36,327 nt of DNA from Bdellovibrionota bacterium (lineage in GTDB: Bacteria; Bdellovibrionota_C; UBA2361). The position numbers and the translations under genes were made by a program. The notes below the pieces were generated by a model, which saw nothing but the letters and a program-made list of their open reading frames with translations, did no database searches and had not been told where the DNA came from. Below are positions 16,466 to 25,401 of the stretch, piece by piece (the first letter of the stretch is position 1; the number at the start of each line of letters is the position of its first letter). Where the stretch lies: NCBI GenBank assembly GCA_044352465.1, contig JBILDU010000019.1, forward strand, positions 1-36,327, read 5' to 3'.

Positions 16466-16852
16466 GTGATCACGAACGATAAAGACACCGCAGAGAAGTC
16501 CGCAGAGCGTCCGATGGAGCGTCGTTTTGACCGACGCGATGGTGAGGGATCGGGCGAGCGGCAATTCTCTGACCGCGGCGACCGGGGTGGCGACCGGGGT
16601 GGCGACCGGGGTGGCGACCGGGGCGAGCGTCAACGCGCGGGGGCGATGGAGGTCATCGTCGACCACAATATCGAGAAGGCGATGAAGATCTTGAAGCGCA
16701 AGCTTATCAAGGAAGGCCTTTTTAAAGAACTCAAGTCACGGCGCTACTACGAAAAACCATCGGAGCGGCGCAAGCGTAAGCATAAGGAGTCTCTCAAAAA
16801 GCTCCGCAAGGAAGAGGCGCGCGCAAAGAAGAACACCCTCCTGTTCTCCTAA
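16466..16852 (+). CDS. rpsU: 30S ribosomal protein bS21 with N-terminal extension
   Basis: Core EVIVDHNIEKAMKILKRK...RRYYEKPSERRKRK. Start could be GTG 16466 (AGGA upstream), ATG 16514 or ATG 16646. Confidence 0.9.
   Translation: MITNDKDTAEKSAERPMERRFDRRDGEGSGERQFSDRGDRGGDRGGDRGGDRGERQRAGAMEVIVDHNIEKAMKILKRKLIKEGLFKELKSRRYYEKPSERRKRKHKESLKKLRKEEARAKKNTLLFS
16577..16623 (+). repeat. 12-bp tandem repeat (GGCGACCGGGGT, about 4 copies) encoding GDRG
   Basis: Direct reading of the sequence. Confidence 0.92.
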
Positions 16853-16932
16853 CCCGTTCTCCTAAGCGATCCGCCCTTGTTCTGTCAGCCACCGTATGAA
16901 AAGGTGAGAAGCACGGAACGGGGTTAGCGTGG

Positions 16933-16961
16933 AAAGGGCTGCCTGGGCAGCCCTTTTTTTT
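16933..16961 (+). terminator. Rho-independent terminator of rpsU
   Basis: AAAGGGCTGC-ctgg-GCAGCCC-T8. Confidence 0.9.
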
Positions 16962-17012
16962 ACTCCACGATTCGAACGACCCCACAAACCCGAATCGCTA
17001 CCGGCCCGCAGC

Positions 17013-18320
17013 GTGAAGATATTTACTCGCTACATCTTGCGCGAATGCCTCACCTACTTCGGGGTGATCATCCTTGCCTTCACCGGAATCCTGCTGACGA
17101 TTCGAATGCTGCGCTTCGCATCGCTCATCATTAACAAAGGTGTTGAGGTAGAGCAGATAGCTGCCGTTTTCGTCGCGATCATTCCCAGCTTCCTCGAAAT
17201 TGCGCTCCCCCTCGCGGTCCTGCTCGGCGTGATGCTCGCCTTTGCCCGATTCTCCGGTGACTCCGAGATCGTCGTCGTCCGAGCGAGCGGGATATCGATA
17301 ACACAGCTTATCAAACCGGTCTTATGGGTCGGCGCTTTGTTTTGGGGGGTAAGTCTTTTCATTTCGATTGAATTACGACCGTGGGGCTTCAAAACTTTAT
17401 CGCAAAGCCTTTTTGAGATCGCCCGCTCGCGCAGCACGGCCGGGCTGACCGAAGGGGTCTTTAATAAACTGGGCGACCTGACCCTCTATGCTGAAAAGAT
17501 CGATTTCGCCACGGGGGCGCTCACCCACGTCCTCATCGATGATCGTCGCGATAAAAACGCCCGCAAGGTTATCGCGGCAACCTCGGGAACGCTCGTCTCA
17601 GATGGGGTGGCTCAACTGATTGTACTCGACCTGGTGCGGGGTACCATTCACGAACAAGCCCTCGAACGGTACTCACTTACCCGCTTCGAGAACAACCGCT
17701 TTATCATCGATCCGAATCAGGTTCTCGGAGATAAAAAAGCCGATATCGACAAACGGGCAAACGAACTGAGCCTCGCCGAGATCGCCGCCCTCCGGACGCA
17801 GCTCGAGGGGATGCGTGCGCAGAACAACTCCACACCCTCACCTTCCGAGGCTTTGGCCCACCGCGCTCTCGAGGCAGCGACCGGGCAGCCCGCCCCCCCT
17901 GAGGCGACGCTCACTACAGCGCAGCTGGAACGCAAAATATATCGGCTCGATATCGAAGCCGCCCGGCGCTTCTCGATGCCGTTCGCCGCTTTCATCTTGG
18001 CGATTGTCGGGATGCCGCTCGGAGTCCAACCTCCCCGCTCCCAGAAGACCTGGGGTGCCGGTATCTCGGCTATCCTCGCGCTGCTGGTATTCGTTGTCTA
18101 TTACGGCTTCCTCTCAATAGGCATCGCACTCGCTGAGAACGGCACGCTCCCCGCAACGGTAGCACTCTGGATCCCCAATCTGGTGGTGACAGCGCTGGCG
18201 CTGTTCACCTTGCAGCGGATCGGTTCAGAACGTTGGCATTCGATCGCCCATGGGTTCGAGCCGCTCCTGAAATTCATCTCCCGACGGCTCGAACGGCACC
18301 GAAAGGTTCTTGTGTCATGA
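17013..18320 (+). CDS. lptF: LPS export ABC transporter permease LptF
   Basis: VKIFTRYILRE start, RFSGDSEIVVVRASGIS, EGVFN, ALWIPN; paired with lptG. Confidence 0.9.
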   Translation: MKIFTRYILRECLTYFGVIILAFTGILLTIRMLRFASLIINKGVEVEQIAAVFVAIIPSFLEIALPLAVLLGVMLAFARFSGDSEIVVVRASGISITQLIKPVLWVGALFWGVSLFISIELRPWGFKTLSQSLFEIARSRSTAGLTEGVFNKLGDLTLYAEKIDFATGALTHVLIDDRRDKNARKVIAATSGTLVSDGVAQLIVLDLVRGTIHEQALERYSLTRFENNRFIIDPNQVLGDKKADIDKRANELSLAEIAALRTQLEGMRAQNNSTPSPSEALAHRALEAATGQPAPPEATLTTAQLERKIYRLDIEAARRFSMPFAAFILAIVGMPLGVQPPRSQKTWGAGISAILALLVFVVYYGFLSIGIALAENGTLPATVALWIPNLVVTALALFTLQRIGSERWHSIAHGFEPLLKFISRRLERHRKVLVS

Positions 18321-19405
18321 AGATCTTACACCGCTATATTTTAGGGCAGCTCCTTAGGAACTTGGCACTCAGCCTCGTGGGCTTCACGTTCCTCTTTCTG
18401 GTCTTCGACTTCTTCGATCGTATCGACAACATCGTGGCCGAAAACGCCTCATTTTGGACCGGCCTCCAATATTTCATCTACAAGATCCCGCTCACCATCA
18501 CCTTGATGTTGCCGGTGGCGATGCTGGTCTCAACGATGCTGACGATCGGACTTCTGTCAAAAAATTCCGAGATCACCGCGATGCGGGCCTCGGGAGCTGC
18601 GGTGATGTGGCTCGCCCGTCCCGCGCTCGTTGTCGGGTTCGGTGTCAGCCTTCTCGCTCTGATTATCAACGAAACGGTAGTTCCCTACTCTACCCGTCGC
18701 GTTAAAGAGATCTACAACATCGATATCCGGCAGAAGGATAAGCGGGGCGGCTATAGTCAGAGCGACATTTGGTGGCGCTCAAAAGAGAGTTTCTTCTCGG
18801 TAGGGATGTTCGATTCACGCACCAATCAAATGCTTGATTTTAGTGAATTCAAGCTTGGCGATAATTTCGAGATCGAGCGTCGAATCGACGCGGACCGCGC
18901 CTCGTGGCTCAATCCCTACCTAGGCTGGAGCATGCGCGGAGTGACCGACTATCGCTTCAATGAAACCGAGGTGCCTGAGATTTCGCGCTACCCGGTTCTC
19001 CCTCTCCCCATCGGCGATCGCCCCGAGGATTTCTACGACGTCAAGACCGAGCCCCAAACGATGAGCTATCGACAGCTGCGCCGGTTTATCAAGGAGCAGG
19101 CTCGAAACGGGATATCGATCACCGGGTATCTCGCCGACTTAAACGGAAAGCTCGCCTTCCCATTCATTAGCTTCATCGTGACGCTCATCGCACTACCGTT
19201 CGCCTTAAAGCCGGCCCGCTCAGGAAGTCTCGCTGCGAGCTTCGTTGCGGGACTTGTCATCGGCTTCGCCTACTATGCAGTCGACTCGTTTAGCATCGCG
19301 ATGGGCCGCGCCGAGATATGGCCCCCGATACTCGCGGCGTGGATGGCTAACCTTCTCATGGGCTTTGTCGGACTCGTCCTTGCCCTCGGCACGGAATCTC
19401 CGTGA
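18317..19405 (+). CDS. lptG: LPS export ABC transporter permease LptG
   Basis: MKILHRYI, SKNSEITAMRASG, PQTMSYRQL, AAWMAN; ATGA overlap with lptF. Confidence 0.9.
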   Translation: MKILHRYILGQLLRNLALSLVGFTFLFLVFDFFDRIDNIVAENASFWTGLQYFIYKIPLTITLMLPVAMLVSTMLTIGLLSKNSEITAMRASGAAVMWLARPALVVGFGVSLLALIINETVVPYSTRRVKEIYNIDIRQKDKRGGYSQSDIWWRSKESFFSVGMFDSRTNQMLDFSEFKLGDNFEIERRIDADRASWLNPYLGWSMRGVTDYRFNETEVPEISRYPVLPLPIGDRPEDFYDVKTEPQTMSYRQLRRFIKEQARNGISITGYLADLNGKLAFPFISFIVTLIALPFALKPARSGSLAASFVAGLVIGFAYYAVDSFSIAMGRAEIWPPILAAWMANLLMGFVGLVLALGTESP

Positions 19406-19416
19406 GGCGCGAAGAG

Positions 19417-19456
19417 CAACGCCCGGCTCAATCATCGCTGATCGAGCCGGGCGTTG
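19417..19456. terminator. Strong hairpin between convergent lptG and MCP genes
   Basis: CAACGCCCGGCTC-a-ATCA-tcgc-TGAT-c-GAGCCGGGCGTTG; no canonical U-tract. Confidence 0.55.
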
Positions 19457-19485
19457 GCAAAACCTCGTAAAACCGGTCTGTCCGT

Positions 19486-20769
19486 TTAACCTTTTCTGAT
19501 AGTTTGCACGAAACAGTCCGCGACTGTGCGGAGTCGCGCAGCTTCACCCGTTAAGGTATCGGCGGCGGTAAGGAGATTCCCCGCCGCGCCACTCGTCTGC
19601 TGCACTGCTACCGAGACCCCCGATACGTTCCGCGAGGTATCCTGGGTGGCCATAGCGGCTTGCTGCACGTTCGAGCTTATCTCATTCGTCGCTGCTTTCT
19701 GCTCGCCGACCGAAGCCGAGATGGTGCTTGAGATCGTATCGATCCGCTGAATCGTATCGCCGATCACACCGATTGCCCGTACCGCATCTTGAGTTTTCGC
19801 CTGAATGGCTTCGATCTCGCGATTGATTTCGTCGGTTGCGTTGGCCGTCTGCCGAGCGAGCTCCTTCACCTCGGAGGCCACCACCGCGAACCCTTTCCCG
19901 GCTTCGCCTGCGCGAGCTGCTTCGATCGTGGCATTGAGTGCGAGGAGGTTTGTCGTACTCGCGATCTTCGAAATTACCCCCGCCACATGCCCAATTCGAC
20001 TCGACGCATTCGAGAGGTCCACCACGATTTCATTCGTGTGCTTGGCTTCCTTCACCGCCTGAGCCGACACCTGCGCGGCATCGGTTACCTGACGGGTGAT
20101 CTCACCAACCGAACTGGTAAGCTCCTCACACGCCGCAGCTACCGATCGGACGTTGGCCGAGGTCTCTTCGGATGCCGTCGCTACCGCATTGACCTGGTCG
20201 AGGGACTCAGCCGATGTTCGCGCCAGGCCTTCAGCGGTTGAACGCATATCCGCGGAAGAGGTTGCCACGCTCGAGATTACCCCCTGAACGGTCTGCTCGA
20301 AATCGTCGGCGAGCTTTAAGCGCCGGTGCTCAGCCGCGACGATCTCACCGGCTCGTTTCGCCATAATATCGTTTGCGCTGTTGATGAGCATCGCGGCGTT
20401 CCGGAACGAACCCGGCATACCGCGGAGAATCACCCGACGGAAAAACTTATTGTGGGCTGCATACTCGAGCGAAGCCCCCGACTCACGCACGAAAGCATCG
20501 GTCACGTCGAGCATCCGATTAATCCCCCGCCCGAGACGACCAAGTGGAGAGGTGTCATCAGCAACCCCGATAACACGCAACTCGAGGTCTCCCCGCCCTG
20601 CGGCCTCGCAAACCGCGGTCATCTTCTCGACCCACTCCTTGTACAGGGCGAGCTCTTGACTCAGCTTCGCCACCCGACCCATCAGATCGCCTTCGTGAAT
20701 GACCGTCTCACTCGCAGCTTCATTGTCGAGCTCGATCATCCCGTTCCCATTCAGTGTATCCATCGCCAT
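19486..20769 (-). CDS. Soluble methyl-accepting chemotaxis protein (partner of the upstream PAS protein)
   Basis: [38 protein letters not shown]-terminal HAMP-like [11 protein letters not shown]; no TM segment. Confidence 0.93.
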   Translation of the reverse strand: MAMDTLNGNGMIELDNEAASETVIHEGDLMGRVAKLSQELALYKEWVEKMTAVCEAAGRGDLELRVIGVADDTSPLGRLGRGINRMLDVTDAFVRESGASLEYAAHNKFFRRVILRGMPGSFRNAAMLINSANDIMAKRAGEIVAAEHRRLKLADDFEQTVQGVISSVATSSADMRSTAEGLARTSAESLDQVNAVATASEETSANVRSVAAACEELTSSVGEITRQVTDAAQVSAQAVKEAKHTNEIVVDLSNASSRIGHVAGVISKIASTTNLLALNATIEAARAGEAGKGFAVVASEVKELARQTANATDEINREIEAIQAKTQDAVRAIGVIGDTIQRIDTISSTISASVGEQKAATNEISSNVQQAAMATQDTSRNVSGVSVAVQQTSGAAGNLLTAADTLTGEAARLRTVADCFVQTIRKG

Positions 20770-20784
20770 GGCTTGAATCCTCCC

Positions 20785-21315
20785 TTATTGACCTACCGAC
20801 CAAATATACTCTTCGTAGTGCTTCCCCGTCTTCTCAAGGAGGGAGGTGAAGAGCTGATAACTCGCCTCAAGGCCCTTACGCGGGTCGGCGTGTCGACGTT
20901 CCTCCTCGAGGAGAACCCGATAGACATCTTGCACTGCGGTAACACCGCTTCGTTCCGGTACCCGGCGATTGGAGTGGAAGCCAACGATCTCCCCGCGCGC
21001 CCCCTTAGTCGGGGTCACATGGGCGAGAACCCAGTAATGGTCGCCGTTCTTACACATATTGCAGACATAGGCGAAGATCTCCGTGCCTGATTGAATCGTC
21101 TCCCACAGCAACTTAAAGACAGCACGTGGCATCTCTGGATGCCGAATCATGCTGTGGGGCTGGCCGACCACTTCATCCTCGGTAAAACCTGAAACCTTCA
21201 GGAATATATCGTTCACGTAGGTGATCTTACCGTTGAGGTCCGTCTTGCTGACGATGATTTCATCTTCGCCGAAACGACGCTCCACGCCGGACGGCTCGAT
21301 CTTAAATTTACTCAT
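20785..21315 (-). CDS. Stand-alone Aer/CetB-like PAS sensor (probably FAD-binding)
   Basis: IVSKTDLNGKITYVNDIF, GQPHSMIRHPEMPRAVFKLLW, NMCKNGDHYWV; GGAG RBS before ATG 21315. Confidence 0.9.
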   Translation of the reverse strand: MSKFKIEPSGVERRFGEDEIIVSKTDLNGKITYVNDIFLKVSGFTEDEVVGQPHSMIRHPEMPRAVFKLLWETIQSGTEIFAYVCNMCKNGDHYWVLAHVTPTKGARGEIVGFHSNRRVPERSGVTAVQDVYRVLLEEERRHADPRKGLEASYQLFTSLLEKTGKHYEEYIWSVGQ

Positions 21316-21362
21316 GTATTTGCTCCCGAAATGAGACCGTTCGATTGACCGAACAATCAGAT

Positions 21363-21390
21363 GATTCGGCTGCCCGCGCGGTGCGCTAAA
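21363..21390 (-). promoter_or_regulatory. Putative sigma28-type promoter for the PAS-MCP pair
   Basis: TTTAG-N15-GCCGAATC, about 48 nt upstream of the start. Confidence 0.5.
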
Positions 21391-21666
21391 GCTAAATTTT
21401 TCGGGCGCTTGAGGGTGATCTGCATCATACCGAGGCGCGGCCAAGCGAACTGGTCGATGTTCCTCAACCGACAAAAATATCCACTAAGCATGATGTCAAT
21501 CATGAGGCCTTTCTCGGACCACGCCGACCTAGGTAAGCGCTCATGAAGTTCGCCCAGAGCCGTGTTTCCGGAGTCCGAGCCAAAACGACTTCGCGGCGCG
21601 CCAGCGATGGCGAATGACGGGGTAAAAAAAAGAATGAGAGATCGTGCCACTGGGGCACCTTTGCTC

Positions 21667-21694
21667 TTCAGAACCGTATCGGAGCGGTCGAAGA
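21667..21694 (+). promoter_or_regulatory. Putative sigma28-type promoter for the che operon
   Basis: TTCAG-N15-GTCGAAGA. Confidence 0.4.
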
Positions 21695-21791
21695 TATGAC
21701 AACCAACCATCTTCTCTTACACGACACCATCGACCCAGGGAAGAGGTACTCAGCCAAGACTAAGGACGACCCACTCAACGGAGCACGCCAC

Positions 21792-22169
21792 GTGGACCTC
21801 TCTGACGAACTTAAAGTATTTCTCGTTGAAGCGTACGATAATCTCGACGCCGTCGAACAATCGCTCGTCGACTTCGAGCGAAATCCGGAAGAACTCGAGG
21901 TTTTAAACGCCATTTTTAGAGCGATCCACTCGATGAAGGGGAACGCCGGCTTTCTCGGGCTCGGCTCGCTGGAGACGATCTGCCACCGCGCCGAGGCGAT
22001 CCTCGATCGAGCACGCAAGGGTGCTCCCCTTACCCACACCCAAACGTCTGGCCTCCTCGGCGGGGTCGATTGCATTCGAACTCTTTTACACGCCGTCGAA
22101 TCTCACGGCGACGACACTGCGGTTGATGTGACAGCGACCCTCAACGAACTCAATTCCCTATTGGAGTAG
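21792..22169 (+). CDS. Stand-alone Hpt protein (CheA P1-like)
   Basis: FLVEAYDNL...IFRAIHSMKGNAGFLGL...HRAEAILD; GGAG RBS before GTG 21792. Confidence 0.88.
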   Translation: MDLSDELKVFLVEAYDNLDAVEQSLVDFERNPEELEVLNAIFRAIHSMKGNAGFLGLGSLETICHRAEAILDRARKGAPLTHTQTSGLLGGVDCIRTLLHAVESHGDDTAVDVTATLNELNSLLE

Positions 22170-22172
22170 GCA

Positions 22173-24443
22173 ATGGCATTTGATGAAACGAAAGAGTTGG
22201 TCCACGAGTTCCTCGTCGAGGGGTACGAAATGCTCGACAAGCTCGACCGTGATCTCCTCCTTTTGGAGAAGAACAAAAACGACTTCGAGGTGATTAATGC
22301 AATTTTTCGGGGTGTCCATACGATTAAGGGCACTTCGGGGTTCTTCGAGTTCAAAAAGCTTGAGTCGGTGACCCATGTAGGGGAGACACTCCTCGATAGC
22401 ATTCGCGCCGGCAAACGTCCGATGACCACAGAGATCGCGACAGCGCTCTTCAAGCTTCTCGACGCGATGCGCACGATCATGGGTAGCCTCGACGGCAGTG
22501 GCACGGAGGGTTCAAACGACTTCGCGCCGCTAGTCGCGGAGCTTAAGCGACTGAATGAATCCCCCCTTGAGAAGACAGCTCCCCAACCCTCTGCAGCTGA
22601 GCCCGTGGATGAACTTGAAGCGCTACTTGCGCAAAATCGGGCCGCAATTTGGAGCGATGCGGAGCCAGCCCCCGAGGCAGCCCCCCTTTCGGCGCCTCCG
22701 TCACCGGCAACCGTCAAAGCCGAAACCGCTCCGACCGAGGAGGCACCAACACCACCCAAAGTCACGGCCCGTCCCGCTCCGACCGATGAGAGCGCTAAAT
22801 CATCCGTGGCAGATGCATCGCTCCGAGTGGATGTCGGCATCCTCGATCAACTCATGAACCTCGTCGGCGAGCTGGTACTCTCGCGTAATCAGATCCTCCA
22901 GTTCTCCCGTGTCCAGCAAGACGTCACTTTCCAGAAGGCGAGCCAGCGGCTCAATCTTATCACCTCTGAACTTCAAGAAGGGGTCATGAAGACCCGCATG
23001 CAGCCGGTGGCTAACGTCTGGAGTAAGTTTCCGCGGGTCGTTCGGGACCTTTCCCACCAGTTAGGCAAACAGGTCCGGCTCGAGATGGAGGGAAAAGAAA
23101 CGGAGCTCGATAAAACGATTATTGAGGCGATTAAAGATCCCCTCACCCACATCATCCGAAACTCGATCGACCACGGCATTGAAAGCCCACCTGACCGGGT
23201 GGCGAAAGGGAAGCCAGCCGAGGGGCTCATCCATCTACGCGCCTTCCACGAAGGTGGACAGGTCATCATGGAGATAAAGGATGACGGAGCGGGGCTCAAC
23301 GGTGAGCGCATCCGGCAGAAGGCACTAGAAAAAGGGATCCTCTCAAGTGAGCAAATCCGTGCAATGTCCGACGATGAGGTAAACCGGATAATATTTATGC
23401 CGGGCTTTTCGACTGCTCAAGCCGTCACCAATGTATCGGGCCGGGGTGTGGGGATGGACGTCGTACGCTCCAATATCGAGAAGATCGGTGGTCAAGTTGA
23501 TCTGACGAGTAAATACGGTCACGGGACAACGCTCCGGGTCAAGATACCGCTCACCCTTGCGATTATACCTGCCCTCACCGTTTCGTGTTGCGCTCAGCGG
23601 TATGCTATCCCTCAAGTCGTGCTCGTCGAGCTCGTCCGCGCCGAGGGAGAGCAACTGAAACTCGTCGAACGGATCGGCGTCAACGCTTTTTATCGGCTGC
23701 GGGGAGACCTGCTCCCGCTCGTGTCCCTCTCGGCCGAGCTCGGGCTTCGACCACGTGAGGATTCGCCTGAAGCGTGCCATGGCAAGCCGTTTACCTTTAT
23801 CGTTGTTCGAGCCGATGAGCAGACCTTCGGTCTCGTGGTTGACGAGGTTCACGACACCGAGGAGATCGTTGTCAAGCCGCTGGGCAAACAGCTTAAGGGG
23901 ATTGCGGTCTTCGCTGGTGCCACGGTCATGGGAGATGGCAACGTCGCACTCATATTGGACGTCCTCGGGCTGGCCAAGCGAGCTGAGATTATCCGCGAGG
24001 CTGCGGCCCGAAAAACGGCACCAACGGAGATAGTTGAAAGCGCCCCACCAGGGAGCTTCCTCATCGTCCAGATCGGCGCTGGCTACCGCGCCGCACTACC
24101 CCTCGAGCTGGTACACCGACTCGAGAAGTTCCAACCGAGCGCAGTGGAGGTCGCCAGTGGCCGCAAAGTGATTCAATACCGCTCCGGAATCCTCCCCCTG
24201 GTCGACCTTGGCGAATACTTCTCTGGCGCTCCGGCACAAACGGATCACGACCTTCACGTTGTGGTGTATGCAAAGGAATCCAAGTTAGTCGGCTTCGTTG
24301 TGGAACGGATCGAAGATATCGTCGAGGAGCACGTCACGGTCCACACCGACCAAAAGCGGCGCGGCACCGTTGGCGCAGCGATTATGCAGAAGCGGGTAAC
24401 CGACCTTCTCAATCCCGATGAGATCATTGAAGCGCGAATTTAA
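22173..24443 (+). CDS. cheA: Chemotaxis histidine kinase CheA (P1, linker, P3, P4, two CheW-like domains)
   Basis: FRGVHTIKG, LRVDVGILDQLMNLVGELV, HIIRNSIDHG, DDGAG, SGRGVGMDVV, IPLTLAI. Confidence 0.97.
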   Translation: MAFDETKELVHEFLVEGYEMLDKLDRDLLLLEKNKNDFEVINAIFRGVHTIKGTSGFFEFKKLESVTHVGETLLDSIRAGKRPMTTEIATALFKLLDAMRTIMGSLDGSGTEGSNDFAPLVAELKRLNESPLEKTAPQPSAAEPVDELEALLAQNRAAIWSDAEPAPEAAPLSAPPSPATVKAETAPTEEAPTPPKVTARPAPTDESAKSSVADASLRVDVGILDQLMNLVGELVLSRNQILQFSRVQQDVTFQKASQRLNLITSELQEGVMKTRMQPVANVWSKFPRVVRDLSHQLGKQVRLEMEGKETELDKTIIEAIKDPLTHIIRNSIDHGIESPPDRVAKGKPAEGLIHLRAFHEGGQVIMEIKDDGAGLNGERIRQKALEKGILSSEQIRAMSDDEVNRIIFMPGFSTAQAVTNVSGRGVGMDVVRSNIEKIGGQVDLTSKYGHGTTLRVKIPLTLAIIPALTVSCCAQRYAIPQVVLVELVRAEGEQLKLVERIGVNAFYRLRGDLLPLVSLSAELGLRPREDSPEACHGKPFTFIVVRADEQTFGLVVDEVHDTEEIVVKPLGKQLKGIAVFAGATVMGDGNVALILDVLGLAKRAEIIREAAARKTAPTEIVESAPPGSFLIVQIGAGYRAALPLELVHRLEKFQPSAVEVASGRKVIQYRSGILPLVDLGEYFSGAPAQTDHDLHVVVYAKESKLVGFVVERIEDIVEEHVTVHTDQKRRGTVGAAIMQKRVTDLLNPDEIIEARI

Positions 24444-24472
24444 CGAGTGATGAGGCAGGCATCCCAGGAAGA

Positions 24473-24928
24473 GTGACTATGAATACCACCACGACACCAC
24501 CACGGGGCGATGAGCGCCAATTCGCGACTTTTAGGGTCGGGAATCTTCTCTTCGGCGTCGATGTCCACGAAGTTCAAGAGATCATTCGCTCGCAGCACCT
24601 GACCCCAGTTCCACTCGCTCCCGAGGTTGTACGAGGATTAATGAATCTGCGCGGACAGATCATCACGGCTATCGACTTACGCCGACGACTCGGCGTCACC
24701 ACGACGGTCGCTGAGAGCGATGTGATGAATATTGTGGTTGCTCTCGATGCTGAGAAGGCGAGCCTCCTGGTCGACTCAGTCGGCGATGTTATCAAAGTAT
24801 CCCGCGATACCTTTGAGGAGACGCCACCCACCATTGGAGGAAGAATTCGCGAGCTTGCTCAAGGAGTTTTTAAATTGCCTGACGGCCTCATGTTGGTCCT
24901 CAACACCGCCCGGGCGATAAACGTTTAA
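24473..24928 (+). CDS. cheW: Chemotaxis coupling protein CheW
   Basis: FGVDVHEVQEII, TPVPLAP, GLMNLRGQIITAIDL, LLVDSVGDV; start may be ATG 24479. Confidence 0.95.
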   Translation: MTMNTTTTPPRGDERQFATFRVGNLLFGVDVHEVQEIIRSQHLTPVPLAPEVVRGLMNLRGQIITAIDLRRRLGVTTTVAESDVMNIVVALDAEKASLLVDSVGDVIKVSRDTFEETPPTIGGRIRELAQGVFKLPDGLMLVLNTARAINV

Positions 24929-24941
24929 GATGGAGAAGACA

Positions 24942-25322
24942 ATGAAAGCGTGCATCATCGATGATTCAACCGCCACCCGATTTATGATCGCAAAGATTAT
25001 GAAGGAGCTCGGCTTCGTCACTCTCGAAGCCCAAGATGGAGAAGAGGCGCTTAAGAAACTTGCTCTTAACCAAGACACGAGCCTCGTCCTCGTTGATTGG
25101 AACATGCCGGTGATGAATGGTCTTGACTTCGTCGCCCACGCGCGGCACGACGCGCGGTTCAAGGGGATGAAGCTGATGATGGTGACTACGGAAGCTGAGT
25201 TAACTTCCGTAATGAAGGCGCTTGAGGCGGGGGCCGACGAGTACGTCATGAAGCCTTTCACGAAGGAGATGATCGCTGAGAAGATACGCCTCCTCGGTAT
25301 CACGCTCACTCAGGCCTCATAA
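24942..25322 (+). CDS. cheY: Chemotaxis response regulator CheY
   Basis: IIDDS, LVDWNMP, MVTTE, MKPF; operon position; GGAG RBS. Confidence 0.92.
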   Translation: MKACIIDDSTATRFMIAKIMKELGFVTLEAQDGEEALKKLALNQDTSLVLVDWNMPVMNGLDFVAHARHDARFKGMKLMMVTTEAELTSVMKALEAGADEYVMKPFTKEMIAEKIRLLGITLTQAS

Positions 25323-25401
25323 GAGCGGTCTGTTGCGTTATGTATTTGGGCCGACACCCCTTTAAATGATGAAGACGGGGAGAAACGACAGCGTGTTGGA
25401 T

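Noticed and set aside
20770..20790. PAS and MCP as one frameshifted aer pseudogene
   Set aside because: The MCP has its own GGAGG RBS and start, no TM remnant is present, and split PAS/MCP pairs are a known architecture
21633..21665. Sigma54 promoter near the che operon (TGGCACG on the minus strand; GG...TTGC on the plus strand), and a similar GGGCACG near 32476-32482
   Set aside because: The -12 GC is missing or the GG-to-GC spacing is 9 rather than 10
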